A stretch of DNA of 64,000 nucleotides from a virus (lineage: Duplodnaviria; Caudoviricetes): IMG/VR virus record IMGVR_UViG_3300022654_000689, one strand, 5' to 3'. The position numbers and the translations under genes are program-made. The notes below the pieces were generated by a model. That model made no database searches and was not told the DNA's origin. It saw only the letters and a list, made by a program, of their open reading frames with translations. Positions 1 to 10,434 of the stretch are shown here, piece after piece (position 1 is the first letter of the stretch; each line of letters begins with the position of its first letter).

Positions 1-1372
1 CCAATCCCTATAGAAAGTTCATTTATAAGAGGAATAGATATACCTAGCTATTTCATAGTAAGTAAAGGGTGTCGCAAAGCGTTAATAACGAACAGTACTC
101 AAGTTAAGTCATCAGGATATCTAAACAGAAAAGCAACTATAGCATGTCTTGATGAGCATAGTATAAGTAAAACTAAAGCTTGTGATACAAAGCATCTAGT
201 ACCAATACACATATTTAATAAAAGCGTATTAAAACGTTTAAATGGTAGATGGTATAGAGACGCTGTAGGGCAAGACCAACTAATAACGCCAGAATGTACA
301 TTTTTAGTAGGAAAAACTTTAGATTTTTATTCTCCAGCAACTTGTGCATGTGACGATGGTATATGTGAAAGATGTTACGGATCTTTAAGTAAATTCAATA
401 GAGATATTAATATAGGAGTTGTAGCTGTTTTATTATTAACGGAACCGCTTACTCAACGCTTAAACTATTAGGTGTTGTAAAACTTCTTTAATTGCTGGGA
501 AGTCCCATTGGGATAATCAGCAGCCAGGTCATTATGACAAGGTTCAACGACTATCGAAACCGTTAATAAGGGAGTAGAGTACACTCGGAATGAGTGGAAA
601 CAAGAAGCACCAGAAATGGTGAAGATATAGTCTGCTCTGCATAGAAATATGCAGTTAACACAAGGTATTAAGTTCTAAACACCTTTTAACAACTAAATCA
701 CGTAAAGTTGAATGGGGAGACACATTTGAGCAATATTTCCAAATTAATATAGATAATGTTTCATATACAAACCCTAAAATTAAGATAAGAATTGATAGCA
801 TGGAATTTGATGAAATGACAGATTTATATAGTTTTAAAGAAATGACAATAATAGATGCTCATGAAAAAGAACATGTTATAGAGTTACCATTACCGTTAAC
901 TGTTAATAATAATGAGATAGATATAGATAGATACTATAATGAAGATGAAGATTATTATTTAATATCAGATAAAGCGGACACTGATATATTCTATTATACA
1001 ATGGCTAATATAGAATTATCAAATGCATTAATGAGATTAAAAGACGTTTTAGATAAAAATGATTATCTAAAAGAACATACTAACGTAGAAGTTGTAAATC
1101 ACTTAATGGAACTAATAGAAGAATCAGGAATAAACATTAATGCAGTTCATTTAGAATTAATAGTTAGATGTTTAACAATAATGAATAGTCGTAGTGAATG
1201 GGCCAATGAAGAAACACCAGATTATTATATGTGTAAGATAAAAGACAGTATTCTTAACGGAAAATCGTTAACTAAATCAATAGTCTTTGAAGAGCTAAGT
1301 AAACAATTAACTACACTTAAGTATGGAATTTATGATAAATCTGGTAATTCATTATTGGATAATCTAATATAA
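1..1372 (+). CDS. Multisubunit RNA polymerase beta'-like C-terminal subunit (5'-truncated; exons <1..460 and 666..1372)
   Basis: Frame 1 reads KGCRKALITNSTQVKSSGYLNRK (bridge helix) and SPATCAC..ICERCYG (Zn site). After splicing it reads EPLTQRLLSSKH (trigger loop), in frame with ORF 800..1372. Confidence 0.9.
461..665 (+). mobile_element. Group I intron, ORF-less, 205 nt
   Basis: P1 CAACGCU/GGUGUUG with U-G at the 5' splice site; core AATTGCTGGGAA...AATCAGCAG...TTCAACGACTA...GATATAGTC; ends in G; removal restores the frame. Confidence 0.92.
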
Positions 1373-1376
1373 TACA

Positions 1377-1406
1377 ATGGGAATAGTGAAATCTCACTAT
1401 TCCCAT
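1377..1406 (+). terminator. Intrinsic terminator hairpin
   Basis: ATGGGAATAGTGA/TCACTATTCCCAT stem directly after the stop codon. Confidence 0.7.
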
Positions 1407-1476
1407 AATTTTATCTTAACTTTTATTAGCATATTATTAATATGGTAATAAAAAATTAAATTTGGAGGTAGTGTGT

Positions 1477-2118
1477 ATGATATTAGGTATAATTTTAGGA
1501 CTTTTAATAGGAGTATGTGGAATAGGTGTAACTCTAATAATTTCAGGAAATGGTCAAAAGTCTTATGGTAAAGTATATACCGGCTTTGGAATTATAATAG
1601 CGTCATTAGTAATTTCAGTAATCATAATTACATTTGCAATGATTAACGAAAAGGATAATGTAGAATCTGTAACACCTCCAAGTATAAATGAACAAGTAAT
1701 TCCTAACGAAGAACAAACACCTAATAACAACATCACAGAAGAACCTCAAAATGAATACGAAGATAGCAGAATAACAGCAATGAAAAACACAGTAATAGAT
1801 GATAATAGTGGATTAACTTGGGGTAGTGCAATAACATTTATCGAAAATCAACAATGGGAGATAGTAGAAGCGACAGGTGGAGATGTTGCATATCATGTAA
1901 CAGTTACAGGTACTTTTGTAGATGAAGAACTAGGAGCACTTCCAGTAGTACTTGAATTCACTTACACTCTAGATGAAGCTATCTCTTATGCAGATATAAG
2001 AGTGCTACACATGACTATTGCAGATATAGAATATTCAGCACAAGAAACATTAGATATAATAAATGAGATAATATTAGAGTATAATAATTATATCAATAAT
2101 TTACAATATAATTTATAG
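1477..2118 (+). CDS. Hypothetical membrane protein (2 N-terminal TM helices)
   Basis: GGAGG SD before ATG 1477; two hydrophobic segments then an acidic domain. Confidence 0.7.
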   Translation: MILGIILGLLIGVCGIGVTLIISGNGQKSYGKVYTGFGIIIASLVISVIIITFAMINEKDNVESVTPPSINEQVIPNEEQTPNNNITEEPQNEYEDSRITAMKNTVIDDNSGLTWGSAITFIENQQWEIVEATGGDVAYHVTVTGTFVDEELGALPVVLEFTYTLDEAISYADIRVLHMTIADIEYSAQETLDIINEIILEYNNYINNLQYNL

Positions 2119-2131
2119 GAGGTAATTATAT

Positions 2132-2791
2132 ATGAAAAAATTAATTCCAATATTCTTAATATCTACTATGCTATGTGCTTGTAGTAACACTAATCAAACA
2201 GAAGTTACTATAAGACCTAATTTTTCAAATGCACCATCAATTAACAATCATGATAATCATGTCCATTCTGATTTTACGCCATCAATAAATCTCAAAGATA
2301 AAGAACAAAAAGTAGAAGAAAAACAACCGGAAGAAACAAAGAAACAAGAGCCAAAGAAAGAAGAGCCAAAGAAAGAAGAAAAATTTGAAGCAACTTGCAT
2401 ATACTGTAATGGGCCGCTAAAAGATTCTGATAAGAAAAGTGTATGTCAGAATTGTGTTGAAAGAATTAAACAAGAACAAGAACAAGAGCAAGAAAGAGAA
2501 CTTACTTTTAAATGTAGATGGTGTGGAAAAACTATAAATGAAGATCAATACGATACATGGGGAGGGTGTTGTAGTGAAGGTTGTGCCGTAAGCGCTGAAG
2601 GGACAGCTTATGAAAATTACGAACGAGATGAACTTGGAATGGTTCCGGAAAAAGATGAAAACTTATATCAAGGAGTAGTACCAGACGGCGGATGTACTAT
2701 ATGTGGTTGGTGTGGTGCCAGAGTAATGGATGATAGAGCTTTCTGTTCTAATATATGTGAAAAAGCTCATAAAGATTATTATAATAATTAG
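2132..2791 (+). CDS. Putative lipoprotein with Cys-rich Zn-ribbon motifs
   Basis: Lipobox-like LCAC; CxxC repeats (CIYC, CQNC, CRWC, CGWC). Confidence 0.65.
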   Translation: MKKLIPIFLISTMLCACSNTNQTEVTIRPNFSNAPSINNHDNHVHSDFTPSINLKDKEQKVEEKQPEETKKQEPKKEEPKKEEKFEATCIYCNGPLKDSDKKSVCQNCVERIKQEQEQEQERELTFKCRWCGKTINEDQYDTWGGCCSEGCAVSAEGTAYENYERDELGMVPEKDENLYQGVVPDGGCTICGWCGARVMDDRAFCSNICEKAHKDYYNN

Positions 2792-2804
2792 GAGGTAATT
2801 TATT

Positions 2805-3047
2805 ATGGATATGTATTTAGAGTTTATATCAGGTTTAATACCATCAGTTGTAATGGCTTTAATTATGTATAGATATGGAGTTAGTTTAAGTAAAAAACAT
2901 CCGTCTGTAGACATAAGTCCATTAATATTTGCAGCAGTTACATTTGCATTTGGTATACTTGGTTTCTTGATATATAATAGCATTATACATTCTAAAATTA
3001 AAAAAGAAGAAAAAACTAGAATAGAAGGAGAACGCAATGATAAATGA
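2805..3047 (+). CDS. Small membrane protein
   Basis: SD GGAGG; two hydrophobic helices. Confidence 0.65.
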   Translation: MDMYLEFISGLIPSVVMALIMYRYGVSLSKKHPSVDISPLIFAAVTFAFGILGFLIYNSIIHSKIKKEEKTRIEGERNDK

Positions 3048-3420
3048 TGGAGGAGCAGCTAGACTTGTTTCATTTATTACAGCTGACAAGCCTAGCATTC
3101 AAGTAAAATTTGTTCATATATTGATTAAATTACAAGAGTTTGAATATAATGGTAAAAGTTATGATAGCTTAGTTTATAGTGAAGACGATTCAGCTAAAGC
3201 ATTTAATAGAAGAAAACCAGAATTTTTAGATGATATGTTATATAGTACTGAATTTAACATGGATAAACTAACTATGATTGACTCAAATGGAAAATTTATA
3301 GGAAGAATATTTGAAGTTATGAAAGATGATGAAGAAGATAAAAAACGTTTAGTAAGAGCTTTAAGAAAACTAATAATAGATTATAGAATAGATGGAAATT
3401 TATCAATTGTTGATATTTGA
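3037..3420 (+). CDS. Hypothetical protein
   Basis: SD AAGGAG; overlaps the previous stop. Confidence 0.6.
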   Translation: MINDGGAARLVSFITADKPSIQVKFVHILIKLQEFEYNGKSYDSLVYSEDDSAKAFNRRKPEFLDDMLYSTEFNMDKLTMIDSNGKFIGRIFEVMKDDEEDKKRLVRALRKLIIDYRIDGNLSIVDI

Positions 3421-3439
3421 TTAGTAGGAGTGATTATAT

Positions 3440-3664
3440 ATGGTTGGAAGCAATTATTGGTATTTTTGGATGGTGACATCGTTAATACTTGCTGGATTGA
3501 ACGCGTGGTTAGACAATGACATGTGGGCATGGTTTTCAATAGGATTAGCTTTTTATTATAGACTAAAATTTAAAGAAGAATTGAATAAGGAAAAACTAAT
3601 TTTAGAAATTAAAAACGAACTAAACAAAAAAGACAATAATGCTGAAAACTCTGATGATGAATAA
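3440..3664 (+). CDS. Small Trp-rich membrane protein
   Basis: SD AGGAG; two short hydrophobic segments. Confidence 0.6.
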   Translation: MVGSNYWYFWMVTSLILAGLNAWLDNDMWAWFSIGLAFYYRLKFKEELNKEKLILEIKNELNKKDNNAENSDDE

Positions 3665-3715
3665 TTTTAAAATTAAATTAATAAAAAATTATATTAAATT
3701 AGGGAGGATTTATTT

Positions 3716-6130
3716 ATGATGAAAACTGTTAATTTTGTAGAGAATATAGAAAGTACCATGAGAAGTATGTATTTTAAAGATGCTAAAAGTAGTAATGTCG
3801 CTGAAAGATTTAATGTATTAGCTAAAGTACTTAAAGATTCAATGACAGAAAGTTGGTATGAAAGAGAAAAGAATGAAAACAATGAAAAAGAAGTACATTA
3901 TTTCTCAATGGAATTCTTACTAGGTAAACAGCTTAAATCAATGATCCTCAACCTAGGAGTAACAACAGAGATAAACGATGCAATGGAAGAACTTGGTTGG
4001 AATTTAGATGAGTTAATAGAATACGAACCAGAACCTTCAACCGGTAATGGTGGTTTAGGAAGATTAGCTGCATGTTTCATAGATAGTATGTCTTCAAATG
4101 GTATAAGAGGATATGGACAAGGTCTTCGTTATAAATCAGGACTATTCAAACAAAAGATAGTTAATGGGTATCAAAAAGAATTACCAGATTTATGGTTACA
4201 AAATGGAATATATGCATGGGATGTAAGAAGAGAAGAACATTTCATAGTTAAGTTTAGAGGAAATGTAAGATTTGAAACTATAAACGGAAGATTAGAAGCC
4301 ATAACAGAAAACTATAAACCAGTAGTCGCAGTTCCTTATGATGTACCAACACCAGGTTATGAAAATGGAGTTGTAAACTATTTAAGATTATGGAATGCAG
4401 AATGCCCAAGTTATGAAATTCTAGATGAATGTGGAATAAACTTTACAAATTATCATGATGTATTAAAAACTAAGAATTCAATAGATGAAATTTGTGATGT
4501 ACTGTATCCAGATGATTCTCATTTCCGTGGTAAAGAATTAAGATTAAAACAAGAATACTTTATGTGTTCCGCTGGTGTTCAATCATTAGTTAAGAAATTT
4601 AAAGATAAAGGAATAAACTTAGAACACTTAGATAAGCATTTAGCAATTCATATAAATGATACTCATCCAACTTTATGTATACCTGAAATGATGAGAATAT
4701 TAGTTGACGAAGAAAAAATGGATTGGGATAAAGCTTGGGAAGTAACAACTAAAGTTATGTCTTATACAAACCATACAATAATGGCTGAAGCATTAGAAAA
4801 ATGGCCTGGATTTATGTTACAATCATTATTACCAAGAATATACATGATAATACAAGAGATAGACAGAAGATATATTGAAGATTTAAGAAATGACAAAGGA
4901 TATAGTTCTGAAAAGATAGACAGAATGAAGATAATAGATAATAATGGTAATATTAGAATGGCTAACTTATGTATAGTAGGAAGTCATAGTGTAAATGGTG
5001 TTGCAGCGTTACACACTGAAATCCTTAAAAAGGATACACTTAGAGATTTCTATAAAGATGAACCTCACAAATTCAATAATAAAACTAATGGTATAGCTCA
5101 TAGAAGATGGTTATTTAGCGCCAACCCAGATCTAACAGAATTTATAGATACATTAATTCCTAATAGCAATTGGAAAAATGATTTAAGTCAATTAAAACAA
5201 TTACACAATTATGTAGAAGATCCTAATGTTTATGATACACTAGGTTCTATCAAGTATATTAATAAAGTTAATTTAGCTAATATGATAGAAAAAGATAGTG
5301 GTATTAAGGTAGACCCTAATTCAATATTTGATATACAAGTAAAACGTTTACATGCCTATAAACGTCAATTAATGAACTTATTAGGAATATTAATGATATA
5401 CAATGATTTAATAAATGACCCTAATAAAGATTTCTATCCAATGACATTTATATTTGGTGCTAAGGCTGCAGCTGGATATCACGAAGCTAAATGCACAATA
5501 AAAGCAATATATGCAGTAGCAGATTTAGTAAACAATGATCCTAGAGTAAACGATAAGATGAAAGTTGTATTCATAGAAAACTACAATGTAAGTAAAGCTG
5601 AAAGAATAGTAACAGCAGCTGATATAAGTGAACAAATTAGTACAGCGTCTAAAGAAGCGAGTGGTACTAGCTGTTTCAAATTTGCATTGAATGGAGCGTT
5701 AACATTAGGAACATTAGACGGCGCAAATGTTGAGATAGCTGAAAATGTTGGATCTCAAAACATATTTATTTTCGGGCTACAATCAGATGAAGTAATTCAT
5801 AGATATAATACTTGGACTGATCTTGGTGGAAAATTTATGATGGATAGAAACTGCAATATTAGAAGAGCTATGGATATGCTAATAAATGGAAGCTTACCAG
5901 GAATAGGATCTGCAGGATTTGACTTATACAGAACATTAGTCAATAATGACCATTACTTTGTGTTATCTGATTTACAAGATTATGTAGACACTAAGTATCG
6001 TATGAATCAATTATATAGAACTAATAAAAATGAATGGAATAAAAAATGTTTTATTAATATAATGAATGTTTATAATTTTACAACAGACAGAACTATAAGA
6101 GAATATAGCAATGACATATGGTTTAAGTAA
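3716..6130 (+). CDS. glgP: Glycogen/maltodextrin phosphorylase (GT35)
   Basis: YFSMEFLLG, GNGGLGRLAACF, LRLKQEYF, HINDTHP, QVKRLHAYKRQ, and PLP-lysine region EASGTSCFKFALNG. Confidence 0.95.
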   Translation: MMKTVNFVENIESTMRSMYFKDAKSSNVAERFNVLAKVLKDSMTESWYEREKNENNEKEVHYFSMEFLLGKQLKSMILNLGVTTEINDAMEELGWNLDELIEYEPEPSTGNGGLGRLAACFIDSMSSNGIRGYGQGLRYKSGLFKQKIVNGYQKELPDLWLQNGIYAWDVRREEHFIVKFRGNVRFETINGRLEAITENYKPVVAVPYDVPTPGYENGVVNYLRLWNAECPSYEILDECGINFTNYHDVLKTKNSIDEICDVLYPDDSHFRGKELRLKQEYFMCSAGVQSLVKKFKDKGINLEHLDKHLAIHINDTHPTLCIPEMMRILVDEEKMDWDKAWEVTTKVMSYTNHTIMAEALEKWPGFMLQSLLPRIYMIIQEIDRRYIEDLRNDKGYSSEKIDRMKIIDNNGNIRMANLCIVGSHSVNGVAALHTEILKKDTLRDFYKDEPHKFNNKTNGIAHRRWLFSANPDLTEFIDTLIPNSNWKNDLSQLKQLHNYVEDPNVYDTLGSIKYINKVNLANMIEKDSGIKVDPNSIFDIQVKRLHAYKRQLMNLLGILMIYNDLINDPNKDFYPMTFIFGAKAAAGYHEAKCTIKAIYAVADLVNNDPRVNDKMKVVFIENYNVSKAERIVTAADISEQISTASKEASGTSCFKFALNGALTLGTLDGANVEIAENVGSQNIFIFGLQSDEVIHRYNTWTDLGGKFMMDRNCNIRRAMDMLINGSLPGIGSAGFDLYRTLVNNDHYFVLSDLQDYVDTKYRMNQLYRTNKNEWNKKCFINIMNVYNFTTDRTIREYSNDIWFK

Positions 6131-6178
6131 TATAAAAAGAGGTGATAGTTTGGCTACTAAAACAGAATTGGTGAATCA

Positions 6179-6907
6179 ATGACAAACAGGCACGGTAACG
6201 AATATACAATTGTTGAGTATAATAGCTGCTTTGATCTAACTGTTGAATTTAAAGAATTTGGTTATATAAAAGAACACATAAGATATGAACAATTTAAGTC
6301 AGGAAGTATAAAATGTCCGATGGATAGAACAGTTCTATCCATCGGTTATATTGGAATTGGCCCTTATGATCCTTTAGAGAATAAAAATAACAACTATGAC
6401 AGATGGAATAATATGTTAAAAAGATGTTATAGTAAAAGATATAAGAATAATAAAAAATCGTATAATGGTTGTTCTGTATGCGATGAATGGCAAAATTATC
6501 AAAATTTCGCCAGATGGTTTGATGAAAATTATTATCAAATTGAAGGCTGTGAAATGCATATAGATAAAGATATTCTAATAAAAAACAATAAAGTTTATAG
6601 TCCTGATACTTGCATCATAGTACCAGAATTTATAAACAGCATGTTCACTAATAGAAAAGCTGAGCGAGGAGCTTTGCCTCTAGGTGTAAATTGGAACGAA
6701 GATCATCAAAAGTATCAATCAGCATGTTGCGATCCTCTAGGTAAACGACATAGACTAGGTTATTTTGATACACCTGAAAAGGCATTCGACGCATACAAAA
6801 GAAAAAAAGAAGAAGTAATTAAAAAAGTAGCAGACAAGTATAAAAATCAAATTCCAGAAAAATTGTACCACGCACTTTATTCGTATAAAATTGAGATTAC
6901 TGATTAA
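6179..6907 (+). CDS. Free-standing HNH-type homing endonuclease
   Basis: WNNMLKRCY...VCDEWQNYQNFARW...HIDKDIL..NKVYSPDTC and C-terminal LPLGV..LGYFDTPEKAF, typical of phage HNH/AP2-like HEGs. Confidence 0.8.
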   Translation: MTNRHGNEYTIVEYNSCFDLTVEFKEFGYIKEHIRYEQFKSGSIKCPMDRTVLSIGYIGIGPYDPLENKNNNYDRWNNMLKRCYSKRYKNNKKSYNGCSVCDEWQNYQNFARWFDENYYQIEGCEMHIDKDILIKNNKVYSPDTCIIVPEFINSMFTNRKAERGALPLGVNWNEDHQKYQSACCDPLGKRHRLGYFDTPEKAFDAYKRKKEEVIKKVADKYKNQIPEKLYHALYSYKIEITD

Positions 6908-6915
6908 GTAATACA

Positions 6916-6952
6916 AAAAAAGAATAAGAGACATTTGTCTCTTATTCTTTTT
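6916..6952. terminator. Bidirectional terminator between convergent genes
   Basis: AAAAAGAATAAGAGAC/GTCTCTTATTCTTTTT inverted repeat. Confidence 0.7.
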
Positions 6953-8747
6953 CATATATAGATATAAATGAATCTATATTTTTTTGCTTAAGTTCATTCA
7001 TAACTTTATTAGCATCATTTTTATCAGTAGAAGAATTTGCAATTACTCTATAAAAAGATTTTCCGCCAACTTTAGCAGCTACCATAAATGCAGAATAACC
7101 TAGTTTTTTCAATTTAGATATCTCTGCTTCAGCATTTTTCTTATCAGCAAAAGACCCTGTAATTACTCTATAATAAGTTAATTTTTCTTTTTTTACAGGT
7201 TTATCATCTTCAACTATAGGTTTAACCACTTTTGATCCTTCAGGTAAATATGCAATTTTAAAATATTCACATATACCCTTAACTGTATATTCAGCTAATT
7301 GATATTTATAATTTTTTAATAATTTTATATCTGATTTATTATCATAAAATGCGTATTCGATTAATCATTTATATTAACTATATATTTCTACATAGATTGG
7401 ACTATATCTTTGTTATTTCTAACATGATCCTTTTCGAATAATATATTAATTACCCTACTCTACTTCCTTATTAACGGTTTCGATAGTCTCTGAACCTTTC
7501 TTTTTATTTTTATAAAAATACACATATCCGTACGCAGATTTTTTCTTTTTAGTAAGAATTTTAAGAATTTCAATTTCAATAGTTCGACATTTTCCTTTAC
7601 TTTTTCCAATAGATTGTATCCATCGTGCTGTATCTGCTATACTTTTAAATTCTGCTACAAAATTATTATTTTTATCATAAACTTCAATGGGAGAAAAAAT
7701 GCTTTCAGGACATTTCATTTTATCTTTCACTTTTTCCCAATGTTCTTTTGGTTTCATTAAATTATTTTTTATAGCATGATCTGTATTTTCTTTTGCCGAA
7801 CACCATTCTAAATTTAATACATTATTATTCGTTTTATCTCCATCCTTATGATTAACATATGGTAAATTATCAGGATTTGGAATGAATATTTCAGCAACTA
7901 ATCTATGCACTCTTAATGTGTATCCTTTTCCATCTTCTGAATAACTCACATACTTATAACCATGAGATTCATGCAAAGAATATATCTTATTTCGTGGAGT
8001 AAGACTTCTTTCTTTTGTTTTTAAATTACTTTGAACTGAATAAGGTTTACAATTTCTAACTTGTCCAAAATTAGAAACTTCCATGTATTTAAACTTAGGA
8101 TGTTTTTTCCATACTTCATATGTATTCATAAAATTCACCTTCCCATTAAAATATAGGGATTTGTTTATGAATTTTTAAATAAAAAGATTTGGCTGCTGAT
8201 TGTCCACATAGGAGTTTCCAGCAATTAAGATCATTTTACATCGACATTAATATTTTTTATTTATCGATGGACATGCAGCTTTGTATATAACTGTAAAATT
8301 TGCAGCTTTACGTCCTCTATTTTTAAATCCTTTATCTATATTTTTATAAACGCCATTAAATATTTCGTTACATATGATTAACGCAGCGTTTTTACTTTTT
8401 TGGGATGCATTATTTGCATGATATACTTCGACACCTCTTGCATTAAGCCATTGGCTGCAACTGCCTGCTGCATTTGCATGTAATGATACAAACAATGCTT
8501 CAGGTTTTCCTAAATCTTTCCATTTTTTGTTAGCATCATTTGCACGAGCAGTTAGTCCTATATCCTTGACAGTTCCAGGATCTGGGTTAGTTAAATGTAC
8601 TATTATACCATGAGCTTCTAATCTTTTCTTAATTAAATATTGCATTTCATTATTAAACTTCCATTCTAATAAAGAACTATCTGGTGATCTCTTACCCGGT
8701 GTTGTTTTTGCATGACCTGAATCAAGTATTACCAATTTTTTACTCAT
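6942..8747 (-). CDS. Endolysin: N-acetylmuramoyl-L-alanine amidase (Amidase_3) with C-terminal SPOR repeats (exons 8747..8263 and 7365..6942)
   Basis: ILDSGH, LLEW, FVSLHANA. The spliced junction gives CPSILIEYAFYDN with the catalytic Glu. C-terminus YYRVITGSFADKKNA is SPOR-like. Downstream of a holin. Confidence 0.92.
7366..8262 (-). mobile_element. Group I intron in the endolysin gene carrying an HNH endonuclease
   Basis: P1 CAUCGAU/GUCGAUG; same core motifs as the other introns; terminal G at 7366; removal restores the frame. Confidence 0.92.
7455..8129 (-). CDS. Intron-encoded NUMOD4-HNH homing endonuclease
   Basis: EVWK..EVSNFGQVRN (NUMOD4), RVHRLVAEIFIPNPDNLPYVNHKDGDKTNN..NLEW (HNH), NUMOD1-like tail. 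Confidence 0.9.
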   Translation of the reverse strand: MNTYEVWKKHPKFKYMEVSNFGQVRNCKPYSVQSNLKTKERSLTPRNKIYSLHESHGYKYVSYSEDGKGYTLRVHRLVAEIFIPNPDNLPYVNHKDGDKTNNNVLNLEWCSAKENTDHAIKNNLMKPKEHWEKVKDKMKCPESIFSPIEVYDKNNNFVAEFKSIADTARWIQSIGKSKGKCRTIEIEILKILTKKKKSAYGYVYFYKNKKKGSETIETVNKEVE

Positions 8748-9153
8748 AATATTCTTCATTCCCTTCTTCAATTTCTTCTTCAATACCACATTCATTTAAT
8801 AATGCTTCTAAATCTTCTTGTAATTTGCCTATTAAAATATCTTTTTCAAATGCAACGTCATCTTTTATATTAGTTTTAGTAAGAGTTGCAACGTTATCTT
8901 TAAGACCTTTACTATCAAAATTGACAGTTGCATTTAAAATAGCAATAAATTCAGTAAGTAACACATATGGACTAGTTACAACTGTTTTAAACAAATCGCC
9001 CAATGCTTGCCATGAATTTAAATCTGAAAGTTCCATTCCATTTGCAGTTAACATTGGAAGGATTATAGATAATAATACAGTTAGTATGTAATAAATATTT
9101 TGAGCGCGTAGCTTAATATTAATACCAACAATTTTTTGTAATTTATTCCACAT
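8740..9153 (-). CDS. Holin (phiLC3-like)
   Basis: Two hydrophobic segments, SWQALGDLF..SPYVL and KGLKD motifs; immediately upstream of the endolysin. Confidence 0.75.
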   Translation of the reverse strand: MWNKLQKIVGINIKLRAQNIYYILTVLLSIILPMLTANGMELSDLNSWQALGDLFKTVVTSPYVLLTEFIAILNATVNFDSKGLKDNVATLTKTNIKDDVAFEKDILIGKLQEDLEALLNECGIEEEIEEGNEEYYE

Positions 9154-9166
9154 AATATACCTCCTT

Positions 9167-9178
9167 TAATTAATTGTT
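9167..9178 (-). promoter_or_regulatory. Late promoter motif AACA-N6-TA (lysis cassette)
   Basis: AACA-ATTAAT-TA just upstream of the holin SD; matches the AR9 nvRNAP late consensus. Confidence 0.7.
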
Positions 9179-9215
9179 GGCGGAACATACAAAAAAATAA
9201 AGGCTATAGTAGCCT

Positions 9216-9917
9216 TTATCTTATTATGCTTATTGCTAAAAGTTCATCTAAACTATAGCCATTGCTTATTAACCATTGGTCATAAACTTCAGGTAAATCT
9301 ACAGGTATTCCATGTCTTTCCATTAAAACTGGATTCACCATTACTATTGTCATTACTCTTTCATTAGTACTTGCTGGTAATCCTAATTCACGTTTCATAC
9401 AATCTAATAAGTTTACTAATTCTTCATAACTATTATAAGTGTATCCAGAATAGTTGTTTAATACTGCAGGAAGATCTTGATATCTAACTTTTATAGTAAC
9501 ATTATATTCATATCCATTATTACTATTAACTTCTAATACTTCTACGTCTCCTATTGTTTTCCAATATAAATCAATTACATCTAATGCCATTAATTCGTCT
9601 TCTGAAAAATCTCCTTCTAGGTTTTGCATTCCATAGCTTAACATTCCTGCTGTTTCAGGATGTAAATAATAATTAAATAAATCTGCTTCATATAATCCTT
9701 TTCTTACTTCATTAAAATAATCTTCTATTACGTCTTCAGGTTTTGTTAATATGAATTGGTCGTCAGCCCATTGTTTATCTTTTTCTTCTTGTTCTTCTAT
9801 CATTTCTTGTACTTGTTGAGTATCTTGTATGTCTATAGGTTCTACTTCTTTTTCACATCCTATTATAGCTCCTGCCACTACTAATACTAATCCTAACATT
9901 TTTATTCTTTTTAACAT
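9216..9917 (-). CDS. Putative lipoprotein
   Basis: Signal peptide with IIGC lipobox. Confidence 0.65.
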   Translation of the reverse strand: MLKRIKMLGLVLVVAGAIIGCEKEVEPIDIQDTQQVQEMIEEQEEKDKQWADDQFILTKPEDVIEDYFNEVRKGLYEADLFNYYLHPETAGMLSYGMQNLEGDFSEDELMALDVIDLYWKTIGDVEVLEVNSNNGYEYNVTIKVRYQDLPAVLNNYSGYTYNSYEELVNLLDCMKRELGLPASTNERVMTIVMVNPVLMERHGIPVDLPEVYDQWLISNGYSLDELLAISIIR

Positions 9918-9966
9918 AATAATTTCCTCCTCAAATTTAATTTTATAATTTTTATTAATTTAATTT

Positions 9967-10371
9967 TTAAGCTTCTGCTTTTTCTAATTTGATTAAATTG
10001 TTCATTATATCTGCTTGTTGTAAATAAGCATAAGGATGATCATTTCTTAATCCAGTTTTTAATACTTTTATCTTTATCCATACACCTGTAGCATTTTTTC
10101 CCATATCTAGTACTTCAGCTTTTATCTCATTTCCATAATTCTCAGGATCTCTAAATAATACTACATCATGATACTGTAATATATACTTATTATTAAATCT
10201 CTTTTGTTCAGCTTCAAATCTATCTTGTTCTTTTAGGTTTTCTAAACCTTGTAAAAATTTTTCTTTTATGTCTTGATAGTTTAATAATTTTTTAGCTTCT
10301 TGATATCCTCCTTTAACTTCAGCTTTTAACATTCTCCATTGATAAACTAATTCATTTTTTAAATTTTTCAT
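9967..10371 (-). CDS. Hypothetical protein
   Basis: Strong SD GAGGAGG. Confidence 0.65.
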   Translation of the reverse strand: MKNLKNELVYQWRMLKAEVKGGYQEAKKLLNYQDIKEKFLQGLENLKEQDRFEAEQKRFNNKYILQYHDVVLFRDPENYGNEIKAEVLDMGKNATGVWIKIKVLKTGLRNDHPYAYLQQADIMNNLIKLEKAEA

Positions 10372-10434
10372 AAATATTACCTCCTCAAATTTAATTTAAA
10401 TTTATATATAAAAGAGCTTATTATTTAAGCTCTT

